From positions 512,001-576,000 of the forward strand of contig CAWFQB010000001.1 of assembly GCA_963817895.1 (NCBI GenBank): a stretch of 64,000 bases of DNA, in the 5' to 3' direction. This stretch comes from an uncultured Chthonomonadaceae bacterium (GTDB lineage Bacteria > Armatimonadota > Chthonomonadetes > Chthonomonadales > Chthonomonadaceae). The notes under the pieces were generated by a model. It made no database searches. It had not been told where the DNA came from and saw only the letters and a list, made by a program, of their open reading frames with translations. Positions 40,969 through 51,087 of the stretch are shown in pieces. The position numbers and the translations under genes were made by a program. Position 1 is the stretch's first letter; each line of letters begins with the position of its first letter.

Positions 40969-42126
40969 ATGTTGTACTCATTCCTATCTAAACTTCTGTT
41001 GCCGTCGCTCATGTTGGGCTGCTTTCTAAGCGTGTCCGCAATGTTGAACGCGCAAAGCCATTCCTATTTTCCTCCTGCCGGGGATAAGTGGGAAACGCGC
41101 AAGCCTGAAGCCGTCGGCATGGATGGCGCAAAACTGGCAAAAGCCGTCGCGTTCGCCCAGGCCAATGAAACCGATTTTCCGCGCGACTTTTCCACGCAGG
41201 AGAAGATTTTCGGCAGGCCGCTCGGCCCGCTTCCCGCCCAACGCGCCGGTACAAGCGGCCTTATACTGCGGCACGGTTATATTGTCGCGCAGTGGGGCGA
41301 CACGCGGCATATTGATCCGACATACAGCGCGGCCAAAAGTTTTCTGTCTACCCTGCTCGGAATCGCGCTGGACCGCAAGTTGATTGCCGACATCAACGAA
41401 CCCGTTGGTAAAACAATTCACGATGGCGGCTACGACTCGCCCCATAACGCTGCAATAACGTGGAAGAACCACGCGCAGCAAAACAGCGAGTGGCAGGGCG
41501 AAATGTGGGGCAAAGCCTCCGATTTCATCGGGGAACGGGAGTTTGGGGAGGGGCGGCATACGGCGCGGGAACTGCGGGAACCGGGCAGCCTTTTCGAGTA
41601 CAACGACGTTCGCATCAACCGCCTCGCGCTTTCCCTGTTGCGCGTGTGGAAACGCCCCCTGCCCGATGTTCTCCAAACCGAAGTGATGAATCCGATTGGC
41701 GCTTCCAACGATTGGAAATGGATTCCCTACGACAACGCCCGCGCCGAAGTGGACGGCAAAATGCTGCCCTCCGTAAGCGGCGGGACGCGCTGGGGCGGCG
41801 GGTTGTGGATCAGCGCTTAAGATGAGGCGCGGTTCGGACTCTTGTTTCTGAACAAAGGAAAGTGGAAAAACCGGCAGATCGTTTCTGAATCGTGGGCGCA
41901 GGACGCAACGACGCCGAGCGCGACCAATCCCGCTTACGGCTATCTGTGGTGGCTCAACACGGACGGCAAAATGTGGCCGCAAACGCCTGTTTCCGCTTTC
42001 GCCGCTGTGGGTTTCGGCGGCAACACCATCTGGATAGACCCACAGCATGATCTTGTCGTCGTATGGCGTTGGCACAAAGGCAACGGCGCGGAACTGTTTC
42101 GGCAGGTGGTTTCGTCTATTGAATAA
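40969..42126 (+). CDS. Serine hydrolase, beta-lactamase family (in-frame TAA at 41818-41820)
   Basis: YSAAKS (SxxK), [26 protein letters not shown]; same frame continues after the stop. Confidence 0.85.
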
Positions 42127-42219
42127 GTATATCTTTAGTTTACTTTGAGAACCATTTGCAATGACAGTGGTATAGCCGCGCGGCCACGTAAGCCGGCCCT
42201 GCAAAAACGGAAAACACGT

Positions 42220-44253
42220 ATGTCGGAACCTATCAGTCCAGAATCAGCCACGAATCACATAGCGATGCGCGGCACAACGTCCTCCGGCGCGACTGCAACT
42301 CACTGTAGCGAGTCGCCGGAGGCAATGCAGGCGGACATGGCGGCGCGTCGTTTTCAGTGCCTGATTGAGAACGCGCTCGACATCATTACGATATTGGACG
42401 CGGCGGGCATCATTCGTTACCAGAGTCCCGCCATTGAGCCGACGCTGGGATATGGGCGCGAGGAGATGAACGGCAAGTGGTGTTTTGATTACGTGCATCC
42501 TGATGACCTGCCGCATGTCCGGCATTTGTACGATGAACTTCTGCTGTGCCCCGGCGCGACCCTGAGCGTGGAGTACCGTTTTCGCCACGCCGACGGTTCC
42601 TGGCGACTGCTGGAATCGCGGGGGCGCAATCTCCTGATGCAGCCAGGCGTGGAAGCGATTGTCATCAATTCCCGCGACATCAGCGCGAACAAGCAAGCGG
42701 AAGAGGCCCTTCGCGCCAGCGAACAGCAGTACCGCTACCTTGCCGAGTCCATTCCGCAGATCGTGTGGACAGCGGCTCCGGACGGCAGCCGGGATTATTA
42801 CAATCAGCGCTGGATGGAGTACACGGGACTGACGCTGGAACAGACGCTTGCCGGGGGCGCGCGGGAAGCCCTGCACCCCGAAGATTTACCGCTCACGCGC
42901 CATGCCTGGGCGCAGGCGCGGCAAACGGGCGGAGACTACCAGAGAGAGCATCGGATTCGGGGCGGGGACGGCGTGTACCGCTGGTTTCTTACGCGCGCCG
43001 CGCCCATGCGCGACCCGCAGGGCAACATTCTGAAATGGTTCGGCACGGCGACGGACATTGACGCGCAAAAAAGCGCGCAGGCACGGGAGCGCCTGTTGAG
43101 CGAGTTGGGCGAACAGATGCGCGCGACGCCCGACCCGCAGGACGTGATGTGGGCCGTGGTTCGGATGGTGGGCGAGCATCTGCAAGTGTCGCGCTGCTAT
43201 TATACGGATACGGATGTGGACGCCGACAAAGTAATCATTCATCGGGATTACTGCCGGGGCGTGGCAAGCTGGGCGGGAACCTATCGCCTGAGTTCCTTTG
43301 GCGCGGGGGTGCAGGCTGAACTGAATGTCGGCAAGACCGTCACCATTGCCGATACCGCAGCCGATTCTCGAACCGCGTCACAGTACGAAGACACGTATGC
43401 GCCCACAGACATTCGCGCTTATGTCGCGGTTCCGCTCATGGAGGGCGGCAAGCGGGTGGCTTCGTTCGTGGTCAGCGTGGCGGGCAACCCGCGCGCATGG
43501 ACGCCCGAAGAGGTTGCGCTGCTGGAAACGGTGGCGGCGCGTACCCGGCTGGCTGTAGAAAACTCCCGCTTGTGGCAGGCCGAACGTGAACGGAGCGCGC
43601 AACTGGCCCGCGCCATTCAAGAAGTACATCATCGCGTAAAGAATTCCTTGCAGGGCGTTTCCGCGCTATTGGAAATGCAGTTGCCCTTTGACAGCGATGT
43701 GATGCCTGTAGAAACCATGCGGCAGGGGCTGAACCAGATTCGGGTCATCGCGCTCGTCCACGATTTGCTGGCGCGGGACCAGCCCATCGGCAAAGTGAAT
43801 GCCGGAGTCGTGCTAACCAAACTGGCGCAGTTGATGTCGGCGGGACTGGCGACGGCGGAGCGTCCCGCCCCGGTTCAGGCGCGAACCGACGAGGCATGGA
43901 TACCCACCAAAGCGGCGACCGCGCTGGCCCTGACCGTGCAGGAACTAATCACCAACGCCGACAAGCACAGCCGCAATTACAAAGGGACGGACGGGCTGAA
44001 TACGCAGCCTATCGAAGTCCGCCTGACGAAGCAGGGAGAAAAAATTGTAGTGGTGGTGCAGGACTGCGGGCCGGGTTTCCCGTCCAATTTCAACCCGCTC
44101 AAAAGCGCGAACATCGGGCTGGAACTTGTCCTTACCCTTGTCCGCCATGACCTCGGCGGCAGCGTCACCTTTACCAACCGCGCCGACCACAACGCGAACA
44201 TACGCGGCGGACAGGTAGAAATTCTCTTTTCCGAAGGCGGTCTTGCAGAATAG
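42220..44253 (+). CDS. PAS-PAS-GAF histidine kinase (HisKA_2 type)
   Basis: Two PAS domains (VHPDDL, LHPEDL), GAF, EVHHRVKNSLQ, ELITNADKH, DCGPGF. Confidence 0.92.
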   Translation: MSEPISPESATNHIAMRGTTSSGATATHCSESPEAMQADMAARRFQCLIENALDIITILDAAGIIRYQSPAIEPTLGYGREEMNGKWCFDYVHPDDLPHVRHLYDELLLCPGATLSVEYRFRHADGSWRLLESRGRNLLMQPGVEAIVINSRDISANKQAEEALRASEQQYRYLAESIPQIVWTAAPDGSRDYYNQRWMEYTGLTLEQTLAGGAREALHPEDLPLTRHAWAQARQTGGDYQREHRIRGGDGVYRWFLTRAAPMRDPQGNILKWFGTATDIDAQKSAQARERLLSELGEQMRATPDPQDVMWAVVRMVGEHLQVSRCYYTDTDVDADKVIIHRDYCRGVASWAGTYRLSSFGAGVQAELNVGKTVTIADTAADSRTASQYEDTYAPTDIRAYVAVPLMEGGKRVASFVVSVAGNPRAWTPEEVALLETVAARTRLAVENSRLWQAERERSAQLARAIQEVHHRVKNSLQGVSALLEMQLPFDSDVMPVETMRQGLNQIRVIALVHDLLARDQPIGKVNAGVVLTKLAQLMSAGLATAERPAPVQARTDEAWIPTKAATALALTVQELITNADKHSRNYKGTDGLNTQPIEVRLTKQGEKIVVVVQDCGPGFPSNFNPLKSANIGLELVLTLVRHDLGGSVTFTNRADHNANIRGGQVEILFSEGGLAE

Positions 44254-44320
44254 CGCAGCCGCAACACGGGCAAATCATGTTGTTGTTGGCTTGCCGTCCT
44301 GTGTGAGTTGCCATCACTAA

Positions 44321-44488
44321 TGGAAGTTCACGGCGCGGCCTGCCCCTGTTCGGCTTGACAGGGCGCGGCAATACCTTCTACAATATTTCAGCAATTCCTC
44401 TCTGCATCCCCTTTGATAACCGTTGACCTTCTGCGCCTGACAACGTTCACCGGCAGAAGACGCGGGGAAGGATAAACTTGTGAAGCGT
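44321..44488 (+). repeat. 168-bp direct repeat, copy 1 (promoter + RBS + GTG AAG CGT)
   Basis: Matches 48793-48960 with 2 mismatches; TTGACA 44355-44360, TACAAT 44379-44384. Confidence 0.95.
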
Positions 44489-44508
44489 AATCCTATTCAG
44501 GCGAATCC

Positions 44509-45708
44509 ATGACCATTTTTGATCAACCCTGGCACGGGCGCATGAATGACGAGCTAAACGCGCTGTTGCTGCAAACTCCCCGGTTTGACCGGGTTTGTGT
44601 GGCAGTGGCTTTCGCCAAGCGGAGTGGCGTTTCTCTTTTGCGCCCCGCGCTGGACGCGTTCGTTCAAGATGGGGGCGCGTTGGAAGTGGTTGCAGGGATT
44701 GACCACCGGGGAACATCAAGACAGGGGCTGGAAGAACTGCTTGCCGTCACGCCCAACGTTTTCATCTTTCGCGACAACCGGCAGAATTGTACTTTTCATA
44801 CAAAATTGTATCTGTTCGAGCGAACCGGGGCGGAAGCCGCCGCGTATGTGGGATCAAGCAACCTTACGGCAGGCGGGCTTTACAGCAATTATGAAACGAA
44901 TGTTCGGTACGATCTTGATTTGTCCGCGCCTGCCGATGCGACGCAGTATCAGGCGCTGACGCAAGTTTTTCAACAGGCGCGACAATATGCGTTGCCGCTT
45001 ACCTCGACACTAATGGCGGATTTAGGGCAACGGGGCTGGCTGGGAAACGAAGACGCCGGGTTTACAGCCATTCCGAATACTGTTTTGGGAACGCAAAGCG
45101 GCGTTGTTCCTCTGCCTGCTCCCTCGCCGTTTCCTCGAATTCCCGTCCCGACTGCGCCGCGCCGAGCGCGTCCTGTTTCAAGGCCGCCCCGCCCTCGACG
45201 CGCTTCAACGCCCACCCCGCAAATGCCTGCCCCTGTGTCGCCTGTTCCCATTGCTCTGCCGCCCGCCAGCACATTCTTGATGACGCTGCAAAACACGGAT
45301 ATTACACGGGGAAGCCGGTCGCCGGATGTGTGGATACCTTTGGAGGCGCGGGACAAAAACATGGCGTTCTGGCAATGGCCCCTCCGCTACAATCGGGTAC
45401 AGCGCCAGAGCGGAACGTATGATGAGTGTTATTTTCGCGTCAACATTGCTTCACCCGGCGGCGTGTCCCTTGAAGACGTTCGCTTCTACCACTACTATGA
45501 GAAAAGCGAGTTTCGCATCAATACGGATAAAATCCGATCTCAGGCGCAGGTGGGCGATTTGCTGCAAATTGACCGCGTGGGCGCAGGCGTGGGCTATGAG
45601 TACGAAATTACTATCATCCCGCAAACCAATCCTGTTCACGCGCAACTGCTGTCATTGTGCCAGAAAGTTCGGGCAGGCAATTCGCAGAAGCGGTTTGCTT
45701 ATGTTTAG
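44509..45708 (+). CDS. PLD-family restriction endonuclease (BfiI/NgoFVII-like)
   Basis: VAFAKRSG, FHTKLYLF, VGSSNLTAGGL..NYE; Pro-rich linker; C-terminal putative DNA-binding domain. Confidence 0.82.
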   Translation: MTIFDQPWHGRMNDELNALLLQTPRFDRVCVAVAFAKRSGVSLLRPALDAFVQDGGALEVVAGIDHRGTSRQGLEELLAVTPNVFIFRDNRQNCTFHTKLYLFERTGAEAAAYVGSSNLTAGGLYSNYETNVRYDLDLSAPADATQYQALTQVFQQARQYALPLTSTLMADLGQRGWLGNEDAGFTAIPNTVLGTQSGVVPLPAPSPFPRIPVPTAPRRARPVSRPPRPRRASTPTPQMPAPVSPVPIALPPASTFLMTLQNTDITRGSRSPDVWIPLEARDKNMAFWQWPLRYNRVQRQSGTYDECYFRVNIASPGGVSLEDVRFYHYYEKSEFRINTDKIRSQAQVGDLLQIDRVGAGVGYEYEITIIPQTNPVHAQLLSLCQKVRAGNSQKRFAYV

Positions 45709-45710
45709 TT

Positions 45711-47429
45711 TTAGGGCTTTTGCAGCACTATAATGGTTTCGCTTTTGACCATGTTTTTGCTGTGGCGCATGTAGCCTGCCTGATCGGTCATTGGCAGTGA
45801 TTCGCAGTGCCGAAACCCCTGCGTAATGGCGATTTCCGTCAGCCAATCATCCGTTCGTATTTCGTAAACGTCTTCTCCAATGCTTGTCGCGCTGTTGCCG
45901 ATAACGACAATATAACGCCCGCCCGGTTCGAGCGCGTCTTTTACCTGCGTGAATGTTGCCTGCATATCCACGAAATACTTGTATAATAACGCGGCCATGT
46001 TGCGCTTACGAAACCCCGAATCCGCTTTGATGTTGCCCTGAAAAATATTGCGGATATGCGCCAGTACGCCTGTCGGCAGGCCGTGTTCATTCGCCATTAG
46101 CTGTGTTTCCAATTCGCGGCGTTTGGCGTCGCTGATTTCGCGGTTGCCGATCATCGCCCATTCCAACTCGCCCCGTTCGCCCTTTTGCAGCAGGCCCAGC
46201 GCGAACAAACTCAGCCTGTCCGTATCAATATAAGGCAGGGCGGTCGCGTAAGGCGGTGACGTGATAGCGGCCTTAAAGCGAATGTTTCCAAGCGCGGCCT
46301 CCTGCAACGCCTGCCCGATGTGGCGCGCGTCTCCTTTGAGAACATGGGCGCAGGCGGCTGTCGGATGGCAGTAAGGCGCAAGGCAGCGCTGCGTTTCCAG
46401 AGCGTTGAGACGCTTTTCCACGCCCCGCGTCATGCGTTCCAGCAGGTTAGCAGGCGGCGGCGGAGTTTTGCGCCGCAACACCCGCAGCGATTCCGGGTCT
46501 TGTAGAGAAATTTCGCGCAGATTGTCGGAAAGCGCGAGCAGGCATATTCCCTGTGAGGGCGCGTAGCGGTACTTTCGGATGGCGCGGAGGCAGGCGTTTA
46601 TCTCGGCAAGAGCGTCGGGAGGAAACCATTCGCGCAAATACGCGCGGTTTTCCGGCAAGAATTGGTCCAATCCGGCTTCCTGCCACTGACAGGTTGACAC
46701 GCTGTTTTTGAGGGTGGCAAGAATATGGCGGCAATTCGCTTCAATGAGGCTGAACGGCTCTGTAACCGCGCTTGTTTTCACCTCGGCAATCAAACGCGCC
46801 AGCGGGTTCATGTCAATGCCAACGGCGTTGACGCCGCGCATGGCGCACTCCACTAAGGTTGTTCCACTCCCGGCGAACGGTTCCAGTACCCAATCTCCCG
46901 GCTGTACGCCGCACATATTCAATAACGCGCCGACAAGCTGCGGGTAATACTTGCCCTTGTACGCATGAAATGAGTGGGACAGATAACTGTGTTCGCGCTT
47001 GTTACAGCGTACCGTTTCCAGCGTGCCGATTTCGGGCAAAGCCGCGTCACTCCCACTTTTCACCATTTTGGGCAGGCGGTTGATGTATACCTGAGTGGGA
47101 ATAATAGTGGAGGGCGTTTCTGCGGAAATGCCTTCTACGCGCTCGATGTAGGCGAGTTCGCGGACAAGGGTTTTGCCGATACGAACCAGCGTGAATACGC
47201 ATATTTGCGCGATAGGCATCTCTTCGACAATCTGAATCGCGTAGGGAAAAACGGCTGCCGGTTCGCCGTATTGCCCGATGGCTTCATAGAGGTTGGGGCT
47301 GATATGAAGCGTGACATCCGGCGGCACACCCGCTTTTTGCAGACAGGCCGCCACTTCGCGCAATCCTAAAGCCCGCTCGAAGTCGCGCAGTTGATATTCA
47401 GTTTGCAAATAAAAGGTGTAGGCGATCAT
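45711..47429 (-). CDS. DNA amino-methyltransferase (TSPPY, likely m4C) with N-terminal extension
   Basis: HAYKGKYYPQL, EPFAGSGTT, ITSPPY. Confidence 0.88.
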   Translation of the reverse strand: MIAYTFYLQTEYQLRDFERALGLREVAACLQKAGVPPDVTLHISPNLYEAIGQYGEPAAVFPYAIQIVEEMPIAQICVFTLVRIGKTLVRELAYIERVEGISAETPSTIIPTQVYINRLPKMVKSGSDAALPEIGTLETVRCNKREHSYLSHSFHAYKGKYYPQLVGALLNMCGVQPGDWVLEPFAGSGTTLVECAMRGVNAVGIDMNPLARLIAEVKTSAVTEPFSLIEANCRHILATLKNSVSTCQWQEAGLDQFLPENRAYLREWFPPDALAEINACLRAIRKYRYAPSQGICLLALSDNLREISLQDPESLRVLRRKTPPPPANLLERMTRGVEKRLNALETQRCLAPYCHPTAACAHVLKGDARHIGQALQEAALGNIRFKAAITSPPYATALPYIDTDRLSLFALGLLQKGERGELEWAMIGNREISDAKRRELETQLMANEHGLPTGVLAHIRNIFQGNIKADSGFRKRNMAALLYKYFVDMQATFTQVKDALEPGGRYIVVIGNSATSIGEDVYEIRTDDWLTEIAITQGFRHCESLPMTDQAGYMRHSKNMVKSETIIVLQKP

Positions 47430-48661
47430 GGCTTGCGCAAAAATACGAGATGTTCCTGTTTGATGTTGCCGATGGCGGGGTTAAACGCTTTTCTGCCGCT
47501 GTGAATGGTTCGGTTCAGCGTGATAAGGGGCCGCAGTCCTACGCTCTGCCCCGCTTCGCGGATGATGGCCGCGTTGTCAATTTTTTCGCCCCGAATGATG
47601 GAATCCCCCACAACAAACACGCAGAGTTTACCCGGTTTGAGCATCTGTTCCACACCCCGCAAGACTGCCGTCATTTCCGCGCGAAAGGTTTGCGCTGTCG
47701 CGCCTTTGTCACCCTTAGCGCTGTACTTGCGGTGCGAGCCGATCTCTTCCTGCTTGAAACGGGGCTGATCGTAGCCAAGCCACTCCATACGAAAACGGTG
47801 GTACAAATGGTAACTGTAAGCGTTCGGATAGGGCGGGGATGTAATCACTAAATCTACAGTCTCGGCTTCCACGCCTTCCAGACAGCGCGCGTCCATTGCA
47901 AGCGCGCGAATCTCGCCCAACGGGACAACCGCATCCAACTGTTTTATCGCGGCGAGCATTTCGTTGACGCGGGTTTGCCACTTGCGCAGGGTTTCTTTTG
48001 GTTTTAGCCCCTTATCGCGGCGGGTGTAGCGCGTGTCGCTATCCTGATAGGATACGTTTACGATAATGGAGGAAAAGGCAACCTGCGCAAACTCTCTGGC
48101 GCGTATCAGCGGGCAGGCATCCATAGCCTGTTTGATAAGAGCGAGTTCGTTTTGCGCCACAATGGGGAACCAGAAGTTGAGTTCGCGGATGGGCGGAAGT
48201 ATGGGGCGCAGGTCGAACAAATCCAGTTGCGGGGCGTCCGTCAAGAAAGCCTCTTGATAAAACATGCCGACTAACTCTGCCGCGTGGCAGGCGCATTCCA
48301 CAACGGCGGCGCGTTCCGCGTGATTGAGCGGCTGTCCTTTCACGCGGGCAATCAGAGTTGCAAGGGGGTTGGCGTCAATTCCGATGGCGTTGCGTCCCAT
48401 ACGAACCGCTTCCACCAGCGTTGTTCCACTTCCGCAGAATACATCCGCGATGGTATCCCCCGGCGCGGTAAAAAGGTTTATCAGCGTGCCGCTTATTTGC
48501 GGGATGAATTTGGCGGGATAGGGATGAAAACCGTGCGTGAAATCCCCTGTGCTGGCGGTTGTGAAATCCCAATCTACGCCGGAAACAGCGGCAATGATTT
48601 GCGCATCCGAAGTTGGCACTGGCGGGGCAGTTGCAGGCATGGCGACACTTTCCGGTTTCAT
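47426..48661 (-). CDS. DNA amino-methyltransferase (TSPPY, likely m4C)
   Basis: HPYPAKFIPQI, DVFCGSGTT, VITSPPY. Confidence 0.9.
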   Translation of the reverse strand: MKPESVAMPATAPPVPTSDAQIIAAVSGVDWDFTTASTGDFTHGFHPYPAKFIPQISGTLINLFTAPGDTIADVFCGSGTTLVEAVRMGRNAIGIDANPLATLIARVKGQPLNHAERAAVVECACHAAELVGMFYQEAFLTDAPQLDLFDLRPILPPIRELNFWFPIVAQNELALIKQAMDACPLIRAREFAQVAFSSIIVNVSYQDSDTRYTRRDKGLKPKETLRKWQTRVNEMLAAIKQLDAVVPLGEIRALAMDARCLEGVEAETVDLVITSPPYPNAYSYHLYHRFRMEWLGYDQPRFKQEEIGSHRKYSAKGDKGATAQTFRAEMTAVLRGVEQMLKPGKLCVFVVGDSIIRGEKIDNAAIIREAGQSVGLRPLITLNRTIHSGRKAFNPAIGNIKQEHLVFLRKP

Positions 48662-48792
48662 AGCAAACGCTCGTGGCTTGCAGTTGATTTACTACCTACC
48701 AAGATACCCTATCACGCCCAACTGTACAACCTCGCGCCTTGCGAAATCAGAGCCACAGATTAAGCCGCCGATTGTCGCAAACAAGCGGATAC

Positions 48793-48960
48793 TGGAAGTT
48801 CACGGCGCGGCCTGCCCCTGTTCGGCTTGACAGGGCGCGGCAATACCTTCTACAATATTTCAGCAATTCCTCTCTGCATCCCCTTTGATAACCGTTGACC
48901 TTCTGCGCCTGACAACGTTCACCGGCAGAAGACGCGGGGAAGGATAAATTCGTGAAGCGT
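48793..48960 (+). repeat. 168-bp direct repeat, copy 2 (native promoter and start of the 48952 gene)
   Basis: Same sequence as 44321-44488 at an offset of 4472. Confidence 0.95.
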
Positions 48961-49860
48961 GTTGTCAGTGTCAGTCTGGGGTCGTCCAAGCGCGACAAAA
49001 AAGTGAGCGCCAACTTTTTCGGCGAAGAGTTTGAAATCGAGCGCGTTGGAGCGGATGGCGATGTGGAAAAATACAAGCGCATGATCGCCGAACGCGACGG
49101 CAAAGTGGACGCTTTCGGCGTCGGCGGAACCGATTTATACGTATGGGTAGGCAGCAGGCGCTATACCCTGCCGGAAAGCGTTGGCTGGTGGTCGGTGGTG
49201 AAACATACGCCCTACGTGGACGGCAGCGGCCTGAAAAATACGATGGAACGCGCGACAGTCACGTATTTGCAGGAAAACAATCTGGTGGATTTCGGCAGCA
49301 AGCGCGTCCTGATCGTCAGTTCCGTAGACCGATTCGGCATGGCGGAAGCCCTCGCGCAATACGCCAAATCCATTGTGTTCGCCGACCTGATGTTCACATT
49401 GGGTATTCCCATTCCGATTCGTTCGCTGAAAGCGACCCAACGGCTGGCCCATATTATTCTGCCGATAGCGGTCCATATCCCGTTCAAGTACCTGTACCCG
49501 ACCGGTGAAAAACAGGAACAGAACACGCCCAAGTACACGAAATTCTTTGCCGAAGCGGACATCATCGCGGGCGATTTTCACTATATCAAGCGGTACATGC
49601 CCGAAGACATGAAGGGCAAAATCGTCCTGACCAATACGACAACGGAAGCGGATGTGGCGGAACTGAAACGCCGGGGCGTAGCGCAGTTGATAACGACAAC
49701 GCCCGTGATTGACGGACGCTCTTTCGGCACGAACGTCATGGAAGCCGTACTCGTAACCATATTAAATAAGAAGCCGTCCGAACTCACGCCGGACGACTAC
49801 TTCGCCAAACTGAAAGAACTGAACTGGACGCCGCAGGTGCAGCAGTTACAGCCGGTTTAA
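48952..49860 (+). CDS. Conserved protein often labelled quinate 5-dehydrogenase-like (function unproven)
   Basis: VVSVSLGSSKRD, VDGSGLKNT, GRSFGTNVMEA. Confidence 0.7.
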   Translation: MKRVVSVSLGSSKRDKKVSANFFGEEFEIERVGADGDVEKYKRMIAERDGKVDAFGVGGTDLYVWVGSRRYTLPESVGWWSVVKHTPYVDGSGLKNTMERATVTYLQENNLVDFGSKRVLIVSSVDRFGMAEALAQYAKSIVFADLMFTLGIPIPIRSLKATQRLAHIILPIAVHIPFKYLYPTGEKQEQNTPKYTKFFAEADIIAGDFHYIKRYMPEDMKGKIVLTNTTTEADVAELKRRGVAQLITTTPVIDGRSFGTNVMEAVLVTILNKKPSELTPDDYFAKLKELNWTPQVQQLQPV

Positions 49861-49864
49861 TGCA

Positions 49865-49958
49865 GAAAAGGAGAAAAGGAGAAGAGGAGAAAAGGAGAAT
49901 ATGAAAGGGGAGCGGTTTGTCTCCTCTTCTCCTCTTCTCCTTTTCTCCTTTTCTCCTT
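49865..49958. repeat. Inverted octamer tandem arrays (GAAAAGGA / TCCTTTTC)
   Basis: About 4 units per arm, forming a long hairpin between co-oriented genes. Confidence 0.75.
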
Positions 49959-49969
49959 CCGGAGTTTCG

Positions 49970-51079
49970 ATGCAGCAATTTGCTTTTATTGTTCATCCCA
50001 TAGATGCGCGGCGGGACGTGGGGCGCAAGTATCCTATCGCCAAACATCTGCCGGAAAACTGGATCGAGTGGTACATCAAGAAGCGCGACCCACTGATTGT
50101 GTCCGATGTCACGGGTATCCAATCGCCGACCGGGGCGGAAGCGCGGGGCTGGTATATCGCCTGCCCGCTGACGCCGCGCCAGATGCTGACCCTGCCGATT
50201 GAGTTCGTGTGGGAAAAGCTGGAGATGTGCGGCAAAATCGCGCAGGAGGCGGGGGCGGGCATTTTGGGATTGGGCGCGTTTACCAGCGTCGTGGGCGATG
50301 GCGGCATCACGCTTTCCCAACGCCTGCCGGGATTGGCGATTACCACAGGAAACTCGTACACGGTCGCAACCGCCATTGAGGGGGCGCGGACGGCGGGCGA
50401 GATGATGGGGCATGTGCTGAACGAGAGCAATGTGGCGATTGTAGGCGCGACGGGTTCTATCGGCGCGACGTGCGCCGAAATTCTGGCGCGGGACGCGGCT
50501 AACGTTGCGCTCATCGGGCGCGACCTGCCCAAACTGCAAGCCCTTGCCGACAGATTGCGACCTGTCAGCAAAGCGCCTATCCGCGTGTTTACGGATGTGG
50601 CGACGGGACTCCGAGACGCGGATATTATTATCACGGTGACAAGCGCGGTAGACGCGGTCATCCTGCCGGAACATATCAAGCCGGGCGCGGTGGTGTGCGA
50701 CGTGGCGCGTCCCCGTGACGTTTCGGTTCGGGTGGCGCGGGAACGTGATGACGTTTTAGTTATTGAGGGCGGCGTGGTGCAGATACCGGGCGACGTGAAG
50801 ATGCAAAAGCGCGAAAAGCCCGATCAGCCGTTTACCTTCGGATTCCCGCCCAAAACCGCGTATGCCTGCATGTCCGAAACTATGATGCTCGCTCTGGACA
50901 ACCGCTACGAGAATTTTACGCTGGGCAAGGAGGTCGGGGTTGGGCAGGTGGATGAGATCAACCGCCTTGCCGTCAAGCACGGCTTCAAACTGGCCGGGTT
51001 CCGCTCCTTTGAGAAAGCCGTAGATCAGGAGCGCATCGCCCTCGTCCGACAGAACGCTCTCAAAAAAGAACGAAAGTAG
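49970..51079 (+). CDS. COG5322-type NAD(P)-dependent dehydrogenase (acyl-ACP-reductase-like)
   Basis: FAFIVHP, GLGAFTSVVGDGG, TTGNSYT, VGATGSIG, CDVARPRDV, AYACMSET. Confidence 0.8.
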   Translation: MQQFAFIVHPIDARRDVGRKYPIAKHLPENWIEWYIKKRDPLIVSDVTGIQSPTGAEARGWYIACPLTPRQMLTLPIEFVWEKLEMCGKIAQEAGAGILGLGAFTSVVGDGGITLSQRLPGLAITTGNSYTVATAIEGARTAGEMMGHVLNESNVAIVGATGSIGATCAEILARDAANVALIGRDLPKLQALADRLRPVSKAPIRVFTDVATGLRDADIIITVTSAVDAVILPEHIKPGAVVCDVARPRDVSVRVARERDDVLVIEGGVVQIPGDVKMQKREKPDQPFTFGFPPKTAYACMSETMMLALDNRYENFTLGKEVGVGQVDEINRLAVKHGFKLAGFRSFEKAVDQERIALVRQNALKKERK

Positions 51080-51087
51080 TGTCGAAC

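Noticed and set aside
41818..41820. Stop-codon recoding or readthrough in the serine hydrolase
   Set aside because: Single TAA case, and TAA ends many other genes here; a base error or nonsense mutation is simpler.
44321..48960. Prophage or integrative element att sites
   Set aside because: No integrase, tRNA or phage genes; the repeat is a promoter and gene start.
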